NCBI GenBank assembly: GCA_014905635.1
Contig: JABVCE010000011.1
Span: 124,001 to 188,000, forward strand
DNA length: 64,000 nucleotides
From: Scenedesmus sp. PABB004
Taxonomy: Eukaryota
Reading direction: 5' to 3'
This document shows, piece by piece, positions 15,471 to 27,245 of the stretch. The notes below the pieces were generated by a model. It searched no databases and had not been told where the DNA came from. It saw only the letters and a list, made by a program, of their open reading frames with translations. How positions within the stretch are numbered: position 1 is the stretch's first letter; each line of letters starts with the position of its first letter. A program made the position numbers and the translations under genes.

Positions 15471-18400
15471 TCACATAATTGCACAGCTCGCGAGCCCCGC
15501 GCCCTCGAGCCGGCCCTCCAGCTTCTCGCGCAGCATCGCGAGGCGCGCGCCTGCGGCGGCGGCGCGGGCGGCGCGGCCGCGCGCGTGACCCGCCGGGAGA
15601 CGCTGGCGCTGCGCCGCGCGGGCCGCGGACCGCGCCCGCGAGCGGCGCGGCGCGGCGCGGCACGGCGCGGCGCGGCGACAACGCTCACGTGTGTCGTCGG
15701 TCGCCATCAGCTCCCGCCGCACCCAGCCCTCGGCCCGCTGCTCCACGACCAGCAGCAGCAGCCGCGACGCCCACCAGCTCACCGCCTCGGCGTCGCCCGC
15801 CGGCGGCCGCTCGCCCAGCCTGCGCGAGAGCGGGCGGGCGGGTGGGCGCGCGCGCGGGGCGGGTGCACGCCGCGCCGCGTCGCGCCGCCCCCGGCCCGCT
15901 CGCGCCCCGCGGCGGCGCCGCACCGGTCAAAGAGCTCCCGGATCTGCGCCGCGCCCATGCGCCGGCTGACCATGACCGCGCGCAGGCGCTCCATGAGCGC
16001 GTCACACGCGCCCAGCACGCCGCCCACGAGCGCCGCCACGCTCTCGCCCTCGCCGCCGCCCTCGCCGCCCGCTCGCTCGCCGCCCTCGCGCTCGCCGGCC
16101 TCCCCCGCCTCGCCGCCGCCCTCGCCGCCGCCCTCGCCGCCCTCGCCGCCGCGCGCCGCGCGCGGCGGCGGCGCGCCGTCGTCGCGCGGCAGCGGCGCGT
16201 CGTCGAGCGGCACCGCCGTGGCCACGCGGTAGCCGTCCAGGTCGGCCACGCCCGTGACGCGCACGCGGCGCACGCCGACCAGCTCAAGGTAGTAGCGCCC
16301 TGCGTTTGAATGAGTGCATGCGTGTGCATGCGTTTGACTCAGTCACATACAAACACGTTTGAATCGGCGGGGGCCGCCTCTGAGCGAGGCCGCGCCGAGC
16401 GGCGCGCTGCGGCGCGGCGGCGCGGCGGGGCGGGGCGGGGCGCGCGCGCGCTCTGCCGCCGCCGCACCGTCGGGCTGCAGCTGGCACTCTGTGATCTCTG
16501 CCTCCACAGCCAGCTCGTCGAGGCCGTCGGGGCCGGTGCGCCCCACCGCGGCCATGCCCATGCGGCGGTTGCCCTCCATGCAGCGCCGCACCATCAGCCG
16601 GTACCTGCGCCGCGGCGGCGGCGGCGGCGGCAGTGGCGGTGAGGCCAGCGCGGCTGGCCCGGCGGCGGCGCGGCGGCGCGGCAGCTTCGCGGCGCGGCGG
16701 CGCAAATGCGCGCGGCGCGGCTCGCCTCGGCTCGAAGATGTTGAGCGCCATCTTCTCCCCCGGGAGCAGCGTGGACATGACAAACAGCGGCAGCGCGCGC
16801 GCGCCGCCCGGCGCGCCGCCGGCGGCCGCGGCCGCCTCGGCGGCGCGCGCCGCGGTCTCCTCGGGGAACGCGCGCGCGATGATGGCCTGCAGCGTGATGC
16901 TCACGGGCAGCTCGCGGCTCACGTGCAGCACCTGCCGGGCGCGGCGCGGGCACGGGCACGCGGCGGCGTGAGGGCGCGGCGGCACCCGGAGCAGCGCGCG
17001 GCGCGCGGGCAGAGCGCAGCACGGCCGGCGTGCACGCCCCCGCACCGTGCGGCACATCGGGCACCGGTGTCCGTGGTCCATGCTGCGCGCGAAGCAGCCG
17101 CGGCAGAAGCTGTGCCCGCAGGGCGTGGTGACGGGCTCAAAGAGCAACTTCATACACAAAATACACTCCAGCTCGTCGCTCAGCTCCGCTGACGACGCGC
17201 GCGTCAGCAGCGCGGTGAGGCGGCGCTGCCTGGGCGCGCGCAGGCGGGCGGGCGGGTGGGCGGCGCCCTGTGCGGTGATGCGCGGCGCGGCGCGGCTGAG
17301 CTCACCGCTTGGCCGCCGCGCCGCCGACGGGCGCGCCGCTCCCGGGGCCGTCGGCGAAAGGCCGGCTCGGGCTGGTGCCGCCCGGCGCGGGCGCGCCGCC
17401 GCCGCTGCCGCCGCCGTCCACGCTGCTGCGGCGGACCTCGGCCAGCAGCTGCGCCTGCTCGCGCGCCTGCTCCGCCAGCAGCGCCTGCGCAGGAGCGCCG
17501 GGCGTGCCGTGGGCGCGTGCGCGTGCGCATGCGGGCCGCCCCCGCCGTGCTCGGCGCGGCGGCGCGAGCGCACACCTGGACCTGCGCCAGCTTGCCGCGC
17601 AGCGCCGCATCGCCGGGCGCCAGCGCGACGCCCTCCAGCAGTGCCGCCTCGGCGTCGCCATAGCGCTCCAGCAGCAGCAGCGCGTTGCCCTGGCGCCGCA
17701 GCGGCGCGAGGCTCGGCGTGCGCCCGCGCGGCGGGCGCGCGCCGGCGGGCGGGGCGCGGGCGGGCGGCGCGGGCCGCGGGCGCGGGGCGCGCGCACCACG
17801 AGGGCCGCGAGGCCCGGTGCCGCTGGCGCGAGCGTGCCGGCCTTCTCGGCGTCCTTCAGAGCCAGCTGTGCGAGGTGCGTGGGGTCGTGGCCATACAGCG
17901 CGCGGCGCTCCGACGTGCGCGCGGGGATGGCGCGCACGTGCGCAGCGAGGCTGGCAAGCGCCTGCGAGCGGCGCGCGAGCAGCGCCGCCTCCTGGCCGCC
18001 GCGGCTGCACTTGAGCGCGCTGGTGAGCTCGTGGATGGCCGTCTGCCACTGCGGGCGGGGCGCAGTGTCATCAGAGGCAGCAGCGGGCCTGAGCTCTGGC
18101 AGCGACCGCGCGGCGGCGGGCCGCGCGGCGGCGGCGCGCGCAGTGTCGGAGGCAGCGGCGGGCGGGAGCGCTGGCAGCGGCCGCCGCGGCGCAGCGGGCC
18201 AGCCGTTCTCACGTCCTGGCTCGCCAGGGCCTCGTCGCCGCGCTTGGCGTGCTTCAGCGCGAGCGCGTCGAGCTGGTCGCGCATCTGCGCGGCGGAGCGG
18301 CGCCGCGTGGCGCGGCGCCACGTGAGGCAGCGACGCGTCGGAGGCGCGCCGGCGCCGCACGGGCTGCGTGTGCGTCGCGCGAGCTTCCAGCGGCTGGAAA

Positions 18401-18596
18401 TGCGCCCGAGGGCCGTCACGCGCCGCCCCGCACGCACCGCCGCCGCGCTGGTGAGGCCGGCCAGGCCCTCTCTCTCGCCGCTGCTCGCGGGCGCGCCGCC
18501 GGCACTGTGCTGGTCGCTGCCCTGCGAGCGCGCGTCGACGCCCTCGCCGTCCTCCTCCTCGAGCGCCGCCGCCAGGGCCTCGCGCGCCAGATCCAT
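15471..18596 (-). CDS. TPR-RING-LON domain E3 ligase (LONRF-like), ending in the CaaX motif CAIM
   Basis: TPR-like helices (AQLALKDAEKA..GNALLLLERYGDAEAALLEGVALAP), RING CILC..PCGHSFCRGC..CPMCR, LON N-domain LPLFVMSTLLPGEKMALNIFEPRYRLMVRRCMEGNRRMGM. The last exon reads ..GLASCAIM*. The start codon is tentative. Confidence 0.88.
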
Positions 18597-19205
18597 GTCG
18601 CCGCCGAGGAGGGAGGACGGCGGCCGCGGGCTCGGAATCAAAGGAGGCGTTCCACGCTCGGCGCCCGGGCTGCGTTTCTGGGGCTGAGCTGGGGCCGCGG
18701 CACTGCGCCACAGCTGCGCCACAGCTGACTGTCACACGCACCGACGCCGCGCGGCACGCCACCTTAAACCCCGCGGCCGAGCCCTGCTAGTCACGCGCGC
18801 GCGGCGGCGCACAAAGAAAAGATGCCCCCACACCGGCAGCGCCAGCCACACCACAGCAGCACCAGCCACACCAAAGCCAACAACAACGCACAGCGGCACC
18901 TCCAACCGGCAACCGTGCACCGGGCCGCTCACGGCGCCGCGATAACGTCCATGGTGAGCGTGTCCGCGTCGCGCGCCATCTGCAGCCGGCGGCGGCGGCA
19001 GCGGCGACGCGCCGCGGCGCGCGGCAGGTCAGCGCGCGCCCGCGCCGACCGACCGGCGCCTCTCTCTCTCTCTCGCTCTCTCTCACACACACTCTCGCTG
19101 CGAGCGCTCCCTCTCTCTCTGCCACTCTCTCTCTCTCGCTCTAGGGGGAGGCTCAAGGAACGGCGGGGCGCCGGCGCCGCGCTGCTGCTGCTGGCGCTGG
19201 CGGCG

Positions 19206-20492
19206 TCACGACTCGAAGCGCTGCTGCACCAGGTCCACCACCTCCATCGTCGCGGTCGGCGACATCTGGCCCCGCGCACCGCGGCGCCGCACGCGCGCCG
19301 CGCAACAGAGCGTGGCGTGGGGCGCGCGCGACAAGAGAGAGGGGGCAGGGGGGCGCGCGGCGCGAGCCGGGCAGGCAGCCCCCGCCGCGCCGCGCCGCCC
19401 CCGCCGCGCCCCCTGGCGCGCCCGCAGCGCCGCCGCCGCCGCGCCGCTGCCGCGGCCGCCCCCGTGCGCTCCGCACCTTGAGGCTGGCCATGCTCTCCTT
19501 GCGCAGCCGGTAGGCGTTCTTGACCTGTGTGAGTGGGCGCAGCCGGGGCGGGGCGGCGGGCGAGAGGCTGTGTCAGCCGCCGCGAGCAGAGGGCCGCGCG
19601 CGCGGCGCCTGCCGCCCCGCCTCTCGCCCTCTGCCTTGCATGTGCGCGCGGCTGCCCGCCCGCGCGGCGCGCCGCGCGCCTGCAGCGTCTGGCGGCGCTC
19701 GCGCAGGCGGCTGGTGCGGGCCAGGAACTCGGCCTCGCTGATCTTCTCCACCACGACCGCCTGCGCGTTGGGCGGGTTGTACACCTGCGGGCGATGACGG
19801 GACCCGCACGGTGAGACGCGCGGCGCGGCGGCGGCGGCGGCGGCGCGGGTGAGCGACGGCGCGGCGCGGCCGCCATGAGTGCGGTGCGCGCGGCGGCGGC
19901 GGCGCATGTGAGCAGGTGAGCGGCGCTGCGAGTGCCGCTGTGTCGCCATGTCGCCGTGTCGCTGTGCCGCTGTGCAGGGCTGTGCCGCTGTGCCGCCGCG
20001 TGTGCCACGTGCAGGGCTGTGCCGCGCCTGGAGGAAGCTCTCGACCGTCCAGTTGAAGAAGCGCATGAGGAAGACGCGCGCGGTGAGGCCGTGCGTCACC
20101 AGCACCAGGCTGCCCGCGGCGCGGCGGCGCGGCGGCGCGGGGGTGCGGGCGGTGCGCGCGGGCGCGGCGTGAGGCGGGCGGGGCGGTGGACGTGAGGGCG
20201 TGTCTGTGTGTGCGTGTGTGTGTGTCGAGGGGGGGGGGGGGGGGGCGCACGCACGCACGCTCGCGAGTGGCCGCCCGCCCGGCCGGCCGGCCCCCGCCCC
20301 GCGCGGGCACCTGGTGTTGTGCGCAAACTTGCCGGCCTTCATGTCGCGGATGAGGTGGTCCTCAAAGATGGAGATGCGGTCATACACCTACGTGATGCAG
20401 GTGTGATCGGCGGGTCAACAGGCAGACAGTCACACGAGGCGGCGCGCGGCGGCGTGAGCGCGGCGGTGCGCGTGTGCGAGCGCGGCGGCGGC

Positions 20493-20555
<63 letters not shown>

Positions 20556-21895
20556 AGGGCGGGCGCGCGGCAGGGCTCACGTCGCTGCCGCTCTCGCCGT
20601 CGGGGAACCTGCGGCGGGTGCGCGGCGGCGTGGGCGGCGGGGGCGCCAGCGCGGCCCCTGGGCCCCCGCCGGCGGCCGCGCGCAGCGCCACGCCCCGGCG
20701 CCCCGCAGGCCACACAGCGCTGCGCTTCTGCTGCGCGTCTGCTGAGCGTCTGCTAGGCTTCACGCAGCCCCCTCACCTGAAGTAGAAGCGCCCGAAGCGG
20801 TTGCGCTCAGCGAGGTCGGCCTTGATCTTCACAGGGTCCTGCGACACGCACAGCACAGCACGCACACGCGACGTCGCGCAGCCGGGGCGCGTGTGGGCGG
20901 CGCTGCGCGCGCGCTGCCGTCCCCGCGCCGCGTGTCGCGTGCGCCGCGCGCCTGGAAGTTCCCAAAGTCCTGCTCCCGCAGCTGCACCTCCTCCTGCACG
21001 CCAGCAAAGTTCTCGTCCGGGAAGGCCTGCGGCGCGGGGCGCGGTCGGCGCGGCGCGGCGCGCGGGGGCGTGGGCCGCGCGCGCGTCCGGGACGGCCCCG
21101 CCGCGCCGCGCCGCGCCGCGCCGCGCCGCGCCGCGCGCAGCAGTCAGCCCCTGCACGCCGCAGCGCCGGCCGCGCGCCGCGCGCCGCGCCTGTCTCAGTC
21201 CGACAAAGGTCTGGCGCGTGCGGCAGTAGGGCGAGGTCATGAAGAACAGCTTGTAGCTGCGAGGAGGGGCGGGCGCGTGTGCGTGTGCGAGGGGTGCGTT
21301 GAGTGAGTGTGTGTGCTGAGTGAGTGTGAGCGTGGGCGCGCGCGCGGCACTCGGCGCGCCGCCGCGTCGCAGCCGCCCCTGCCCCTCCCCTCCCCCCTCC
21401 GCCCCCTCCGCGGCCGCGCGGCGCGCCTGGTGCCGTGCTCCGCCTCCATGAGCGCCCTGACCTCGTGCCCGCACGCGACCGCCTGGTCCCAGCCCCGCGC
21501 CGAGAGCGGGACCTCGTAGTCGGGCGTGCTACAGTAGGTCGACGCGTCGACGTTGCCCTGGCTCTCAGCGTGGCGCACCTGGACCCGGCGGCGGCGCGCA
21601 GCGCGCGCGCGGGGCTGTCGTGCGCAGCGCGCCGCGCGCCTCGCCCGAGCCCCCACAGCGCGCCTCGCCCCAGCCCCAGCCCCCGCCGCCGCGCCCTGAA
21701 CCCTAAAGCCTCCTAAACCCTGAACCCCGCGCCGCCGCACCAGTATGATCTTGTCGGGCAGCGCCCTGAAGTCGCTGATGGTCATGCCCTTGTAGCTGCC
21801 CACGTAGCTGCCCAGCAGTGCGGCCGAGCCGAGAAGCGCCGCCGCCGCCGCGGCGCCGGGCCGCGGCCGCGGCGGCGGCGACAGCGGCGGCGGCG

Positions 21896-21930
<35 letters not shown>

Positions 21931-22114
21931 CCCAGCGGCTGCGGCTGCGGCTGTGGCGGCCCGTCGCGCGGCTGCTGCGCCTGCGCCGTCGGCGCCGGCT
22001 CGTGCGAGAGTGCGCCGGCGAGCGACGCGACCTGGTGGTGCAGCGCGGCGATCTGGGCCTGCTGCGCGTGGATCAGGTCCAGCAGGCCGCTCAGCTGCTC
22101 CGTGTACTCGCCCC

Positions 22115-22167
<53 letters not shown>

Positions 22168-22698
22168 GGCTGCTGCTGCTCCTGCTGCTGCTGTGGCTGC
22201 TGCTCCTGCCGCTGCTGCTCCTGCTGCTGCTGCGCTGGTGCCGACGCTGCCGACGGCTTGGCGGGCGCCCGCGCCGCGTCCGGCGGGCTGGTCGTGCTCG
22301 TGCCGACGCCGCTCGCCGGGACCGAGCGCCGCACGAGCCGCGCACAGCGGCGCCGCGCTGCTGCTGCCGCCGCTGTTGCCGCTGGCGCCGCCGCCGGAGC
22401 TGGCGCGCGGGCGGGCCTGCGGCGCGTGGAGCGGCGCGCGGCGAGGTCAGTGCGCGGTCCCCCGGCGCGCGCGCGGCGGCGCAATGCGCCGTCCTGCTGG
22501 CCGCTGATGCGCCGATGCCGGCCGGGGCGCGGGCCCAGGCCGGGCGGCGGGGCCGCCGGGCGACCAGGTGCAGCGCGCGGCTGCTCGGCAGCGTCGGAGC
22601 AGCGGCGGCGCCGCGCCGTGCCGCTGGGCGAGCGCAGCGCTCAGCGCGGCTCACCGGCGCGACCCAGCTGCTGCCGGAGCGCCGCACGGCCGCAGCAT
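19206..22698 (-). CDS. Histidine phosphatase / phosphoglycerate-mutase-like protein (DET1-like) with an N-terminal extension and poly-Q
   Basis: IILVRHAESQGN, SPYCRTRQT, QLREQDFGNFQD, RFYFRFPDGESGSDVYDR and VTHGLTARVFLMRFF. Both the start (22698) and the last exon (stop at 19206 or 18929) are uncertain. Confidence 0.88.
20488..20552. repeat. (GGC)n trinucleotide tract in an intron
   Basis: Read directly from the sequence. Confidence 0.9.
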
Positions 22699-23016
22699 GG
22701 CGGCCCCGGGGCGCTGCAGGCGAGCGCAGGCGCGGTCGCGGGCGTTGGCGGGGCGCGGTCTCGGTTGCGCCAGGCCGCGAGCGAGTGAGCTGTGGCTCGC
22801 TGGACGCGTCGGCAGCGCCTGGGCCGCGCGGGCAGGGCTTCGCTGTGTTGCTGCTCTTCCTGCTGCTGCTCCGACGCGAATGCTGCTCGCTCGCAGTTTC
22901 GGGGCTGCCCGGCTGGTCACGGTGGTGGCGAAGGGACGGCTGGAGTGTGGAAGCGGGGCGGCGAACGGCGGCGGCGCAGCAGGAGCCCCGCGCTTGCACC
23001 CCAGGCAGACGCCCGC

Positions 23017-24705
23017 TCACGCCGCGGCCGGCGCGGCCGCGCCCGCGCCCGCCGCCACGCTCTTGACGAAGTTCTCGACGATGCGCTTGCCGTTCTGGCG
23101 GCGCCACGCCGGCGCGCGGCGGCGGCGGGGAGCCGTCGGCGCTCGCGGCCGGCCGGGGCCCTGCAGCGCGGCCGCGCGAGGGGGTGCGGAGCGCGCGCCG
23201 CGCCCCGCGCGCCCGCGCGCCGCACCTGCGTAATGATCGACTCTGGGTGGAACTGCACGCCCTGGATGTGCGGCAGCGTCTTGTGCCGCACCGCCATGAT
23301 CGTGCCGTCCTGCAGGCACGGCGCGGGGCGGCGCGCCCTCGGCGCGGGCGGGCGCGCGCCCGCAGCGGCGGTGGCGGCGCGACCGCCCGACAGTCGCTGC
23401 GAGGTGCGGGGCGCGCGCGCGCGCGCTGCGTGCGCGCACCTCAGTCCAGGCTGTGACCTCGAGGCAGTCGGGGCACGCGTCCTGGCTGATCACGAGGCTG
23501 TGGTACCGCGCCGCCTGGAAGGGGCTGCACGTGGGGACGGCGGCGGCGGGACGGGGGTCAGCCTGGAACGGCCCGGCCGTTCCCGCCGTGCAGCCGCGTG
23601 CGGCCCGGCTCGGCCCTGCCGTGCGCCGCGCGTGGGGCCTCACTTGTCGAGGCCCTCCAGGATGCCGGAGTCCTTGTGGAAGACCGGGGAGGTCTTGCCG
23701 TGCATCACGCCGCACGGCGCGCGCACGACGTCGCCTGCGCGCCGGCGGCGGCGGCAGCACGGCGGCTCGGTACGGGGCCGGGCAGCCGGCCCCGCTGCGG
23801 CGCGCCGCCCCACCCCTGTGCGCGCGCACCGCCAAAGGCCTCGCCGATGCACTGGTGGCCCATGCAGACACCAAAGAGCGGGAAGTCGGGCCCCAGCTCC
23901 CGCACGACCTGCAGGCTGATGCCGCTGTCGATCGGCCGGCCTGCCGGCGCACGGCGCGGGGCGACGCCGTCAGCGCGGCGCGCCGCCGCCGCGGCTGCTG
24001 CGCCGCGGGCGCCGCCCGCCGCGGCCGCCGCCGCCGCCGCCGCGCGCGCCGCGGCGCGCACCCGGGCCGGGCGACACGACGATGCCGGCCGGGTTCATCG
24101 CCCGGATTTCGTCCACGGTCTTCTCGTCGTTCTTAAACACAACAAACTCCGCGCCCAGGTCGCCCAGGTACTGCGCGGCGGCGCGGCGGGCCGCGGAGAG
24201 AGGGAGCGAGGCAGCACGCGCGGTGAGCGGCGGGGGAGCGCGGACCAGGGCGGCGGCCCGCGCGCACGTCGTCGTGCGGCGGCCGGCGCGCCGCCCCGCG
24301 TCGGCCGCACCTGGCAGAGGTTGTAGGTGAAGCTGTCGTAGTTGTCGATGACCACCACGGGGCCCTTGGCGGCGGCGGCAACCGCCGCTGCTCGCCGCCG
24401 GCCGGCGGCGCTGCTGCTGCTGCGGCGGCGCGGCGCAAGCGCCGGCCGGGGCGCCGGCAGGCCTGCGGCGCGCAATTGCGGGCTCAGCGGCGCGAGGGCG
24501 CGCCACGGCCGGCGCCCGGGCCGTGATGGGCCGCGGGCGGAGCAGGGCGGGCGGGCACCGCGCTGCTGCTGCTGCCGCTGCCGCGCGACCCGGGCGCCCG
24601 ACTGCCGGCGGCAGTCCAGCCCGCCGATCGCGCGGGCTCACCTGCGCTGCTGCGCAGCGGGCAGCCCGCCAGCTGCCCACGCTGCTGCAGGAGGGCCGCG
24701 GCCAT
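23017..24705 (-). CDS. trpG: Anthranilate synthase beta subunit (class I glutamine amidotransferase) with a transit-peptide-like N-terminus
   Basis: [51 protein letters not shown] and GVQFHPES (Cys-His-Glu triad intact). Stop at 23017-23019. Confidence 0.95.
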
Positions 24706-25009
24706 CCCGGGGGGCGCGCGGCAGGGCAGGGCACGGCGCGGTGGAGCGGGCAGGAGTGACGGGGCGGTAAGCGGCGGCCCGGCGCAAGCGCCGCGGCGGC
24801 GGGGGTTTTTCGCTCGCGTGCGCGCACGCCGGTCGCAGCAGGCGCCGACCGCAGCCAGCGACCGCGCCGACAGGGGCTGGCACGCAGCAACCGAGGGCGG
24901 TTAGCACACCGCCGGCGCGCCCGTGCAACCGCGTCTCGCCGCGCCACGTGCTGCGCGCCGCGCGCCCGCGCGCGCACGCCGTGCGGCGGCCCGAGCGTGC
25001 CGCCGCATC

Positions 25010-25987
25010 TCAATAGTCCTCCCAGCTGTCGACGACCGTGCCGCGCTGGGCCGGCCGGTTCCCGGCGGCGCGTCGTCGGCCCAGGGGTCGGCGGCCGGCC
25101 GCGCCGGCGCGCCGGCCGGCCCGCCGCCGCGGCCCTTGGCGCCCGCGACCGTCTGCCAGCCGTCGCCGCCGCCGCCGCCGCCGCCGCCGCGCGGCGCGCG
25201 CTTGCCGCCGGCGGCGCGCCGCGCCGGCGCGGCTGCCTCGCTCGCCGGCGCCGGCGCGGGCGCGGCCGGCGCGGCGCTCGCGGCGGCGCTCGCGGCGGCG
25301 CCGCCGCCGGCGCGGCGGTCAACGCGGAAGAGCCCCCGCACGCCGCCGGCGAGCGCGTCGGACGCGGCCGCAAAGGCGCGCGCACTGTCAAACGTCGCGA
25401 CGAAGCTGTCCGGGCCGTCGCGCGCGAGCCGGTACTCGCCCGCCCACTCGCGCAGCACGTGGTCGATGTGTGCGCCCGGCGTGACGTCGACGAGGCGCAG
25501 CGTCCGCGTCGACGCCGCCGCGGCGCGGAGCATGCCGTCCAGTGCCTCCTGGCTGACGAGCACCGCCGCCTGCGAGAGCAGCTGCGTCGGCGCGCCTGCG
25601 CGGCGCGCGGGCGGCGGCGTGCGGCGCGTGGGCGGCGGCGCGGCGGCGGCGAGGGCGCGCCGCGGGCGCGGGTACGGGCCGCCGCGCTCACCCGCGGCGG
25701 GCGTCCTGAAGACCTGCACGTAGCGCTGCGGCTCGCTGCCCATGCTCTGACTCACGAGGCCCCACCCCGCCGACACGTACTCGTGCACCGCCGCGCGCCG
25801 CGCCTTGGGCATGGGCGCGAGCGACAGCCGCGCCGCGCGGCCGCCGGCGCCGCCGCTCGGCGGCGCGGCCAGGAAGGCGAGCAGCTGCGCCTCCAGCGCC
25901 TCGATGAACAGCGGGTCGCTCTTGTACGCCTGGCGCGGCCAGGCGCGGCGCGGCGCGGTCGTCGAGGGTTTAGGAGGGGCTCGACGC

Positions 25988-26037
<50 letters not shown>

Positions 26038-27170
26038 CGGCCGACCCCGCGGAGGCAGCGGCCAGCGCACGCAGCGCACGCGGCGCACGCGCGCGCGGGG
26101 GCGGGCGAGAGGCCGCGCGCCGTGCCTGCAGCAGTGCGGGAGAGTAGGTCACCGAGCGGTGGCGGTCAAAGCTGGGCACGTGGCTGTTGGGGTCGGCCAC
26201 GGCAAACGCGCCCGCGATCTGCGCCCGCCGCGCCGCGCGCTCGCACTCGGCGTCGCACGGCAGCGCCGGCACCGCGCCGCCCTGCGCGCGCGGCGGCAGG
26301 GGCGGTCGGGGTGGGCGGGGTGGGCGGCGCGCGGCGTGGCCTGCAGGCGCGCGCGGCCGCGGCCTGGCGGGGCGGCAGCGCGCGCGCGTGCACGCGCACG
26401 CACTCACCTGGCGCACGGCGAGGTGCATCTGCCGCCGCCCGCAGGGGCACTTGGCGGTCGCCTTGACCAGCTGCGCGGCGCTGGTGCTGCCGCCCCGCCG
26501 GCGCCGCCGGCGCCGCCGCCGCGCGGCGCGCCGCCCGGCGCCGCGCTGGCCGCGGCCGCCGCGGCGGTGGCGAGGGCCGGGAACGCCTCGGCCGCCGGGC
26601 CGCCGCCGGCGCCGCCGCCGCCGCCCGCGGGGGGCGCCGCCCGGCCGCCGGCGCCGCCGCCGGGCGCGGGCCACTCCGCCTGCTGCTGCTCCGCCGCCTG
26701 CTGCCCGCGCGCCGCGCCGCGCGCGCGGCCACGCGCCGCCGCCGGCGCGGCGCTCCAGTCGGCGATGAGCCCGGCATCGTCGTCAAACATCTGCAGCCCG
26801 CCGCCCTCGCCCAGCGCGGCGGCGCGCGCATAGGGATCCAGCTCGGGCTCGGGGCCCCGCGCGCCGCCGCGGCCGCCCGAGCCGGGGCGCCGCGCGGCGG
26901 CGGCGCCGCCGCCGCCCGCGGGCGCGCCGCCGTCGCGGGCGGCCGCGCGGCGGCCAGGCGGCGGCGCGGCGCCGTCAGCGCCGCCCTGCGGCTGCTGCGC
27001 CTGGTCCTGCTGGCGCAGCTGCTGGTGCAGGAGCTGCTGCTCGTGCTGCTGCTGCTGCTGGCGGTGCGGCTGCTGGTGGTGCGGCTGCTGGTGGTGCGGC
27101 TGCTGCTGCTGCTGGTGGTGCAGCTGCAGCAGCAGCTGCTGCTGGTGCTGCCCGTCGGCGACAGCACCGA

Positions 27171-27245
<75 letters not shown>

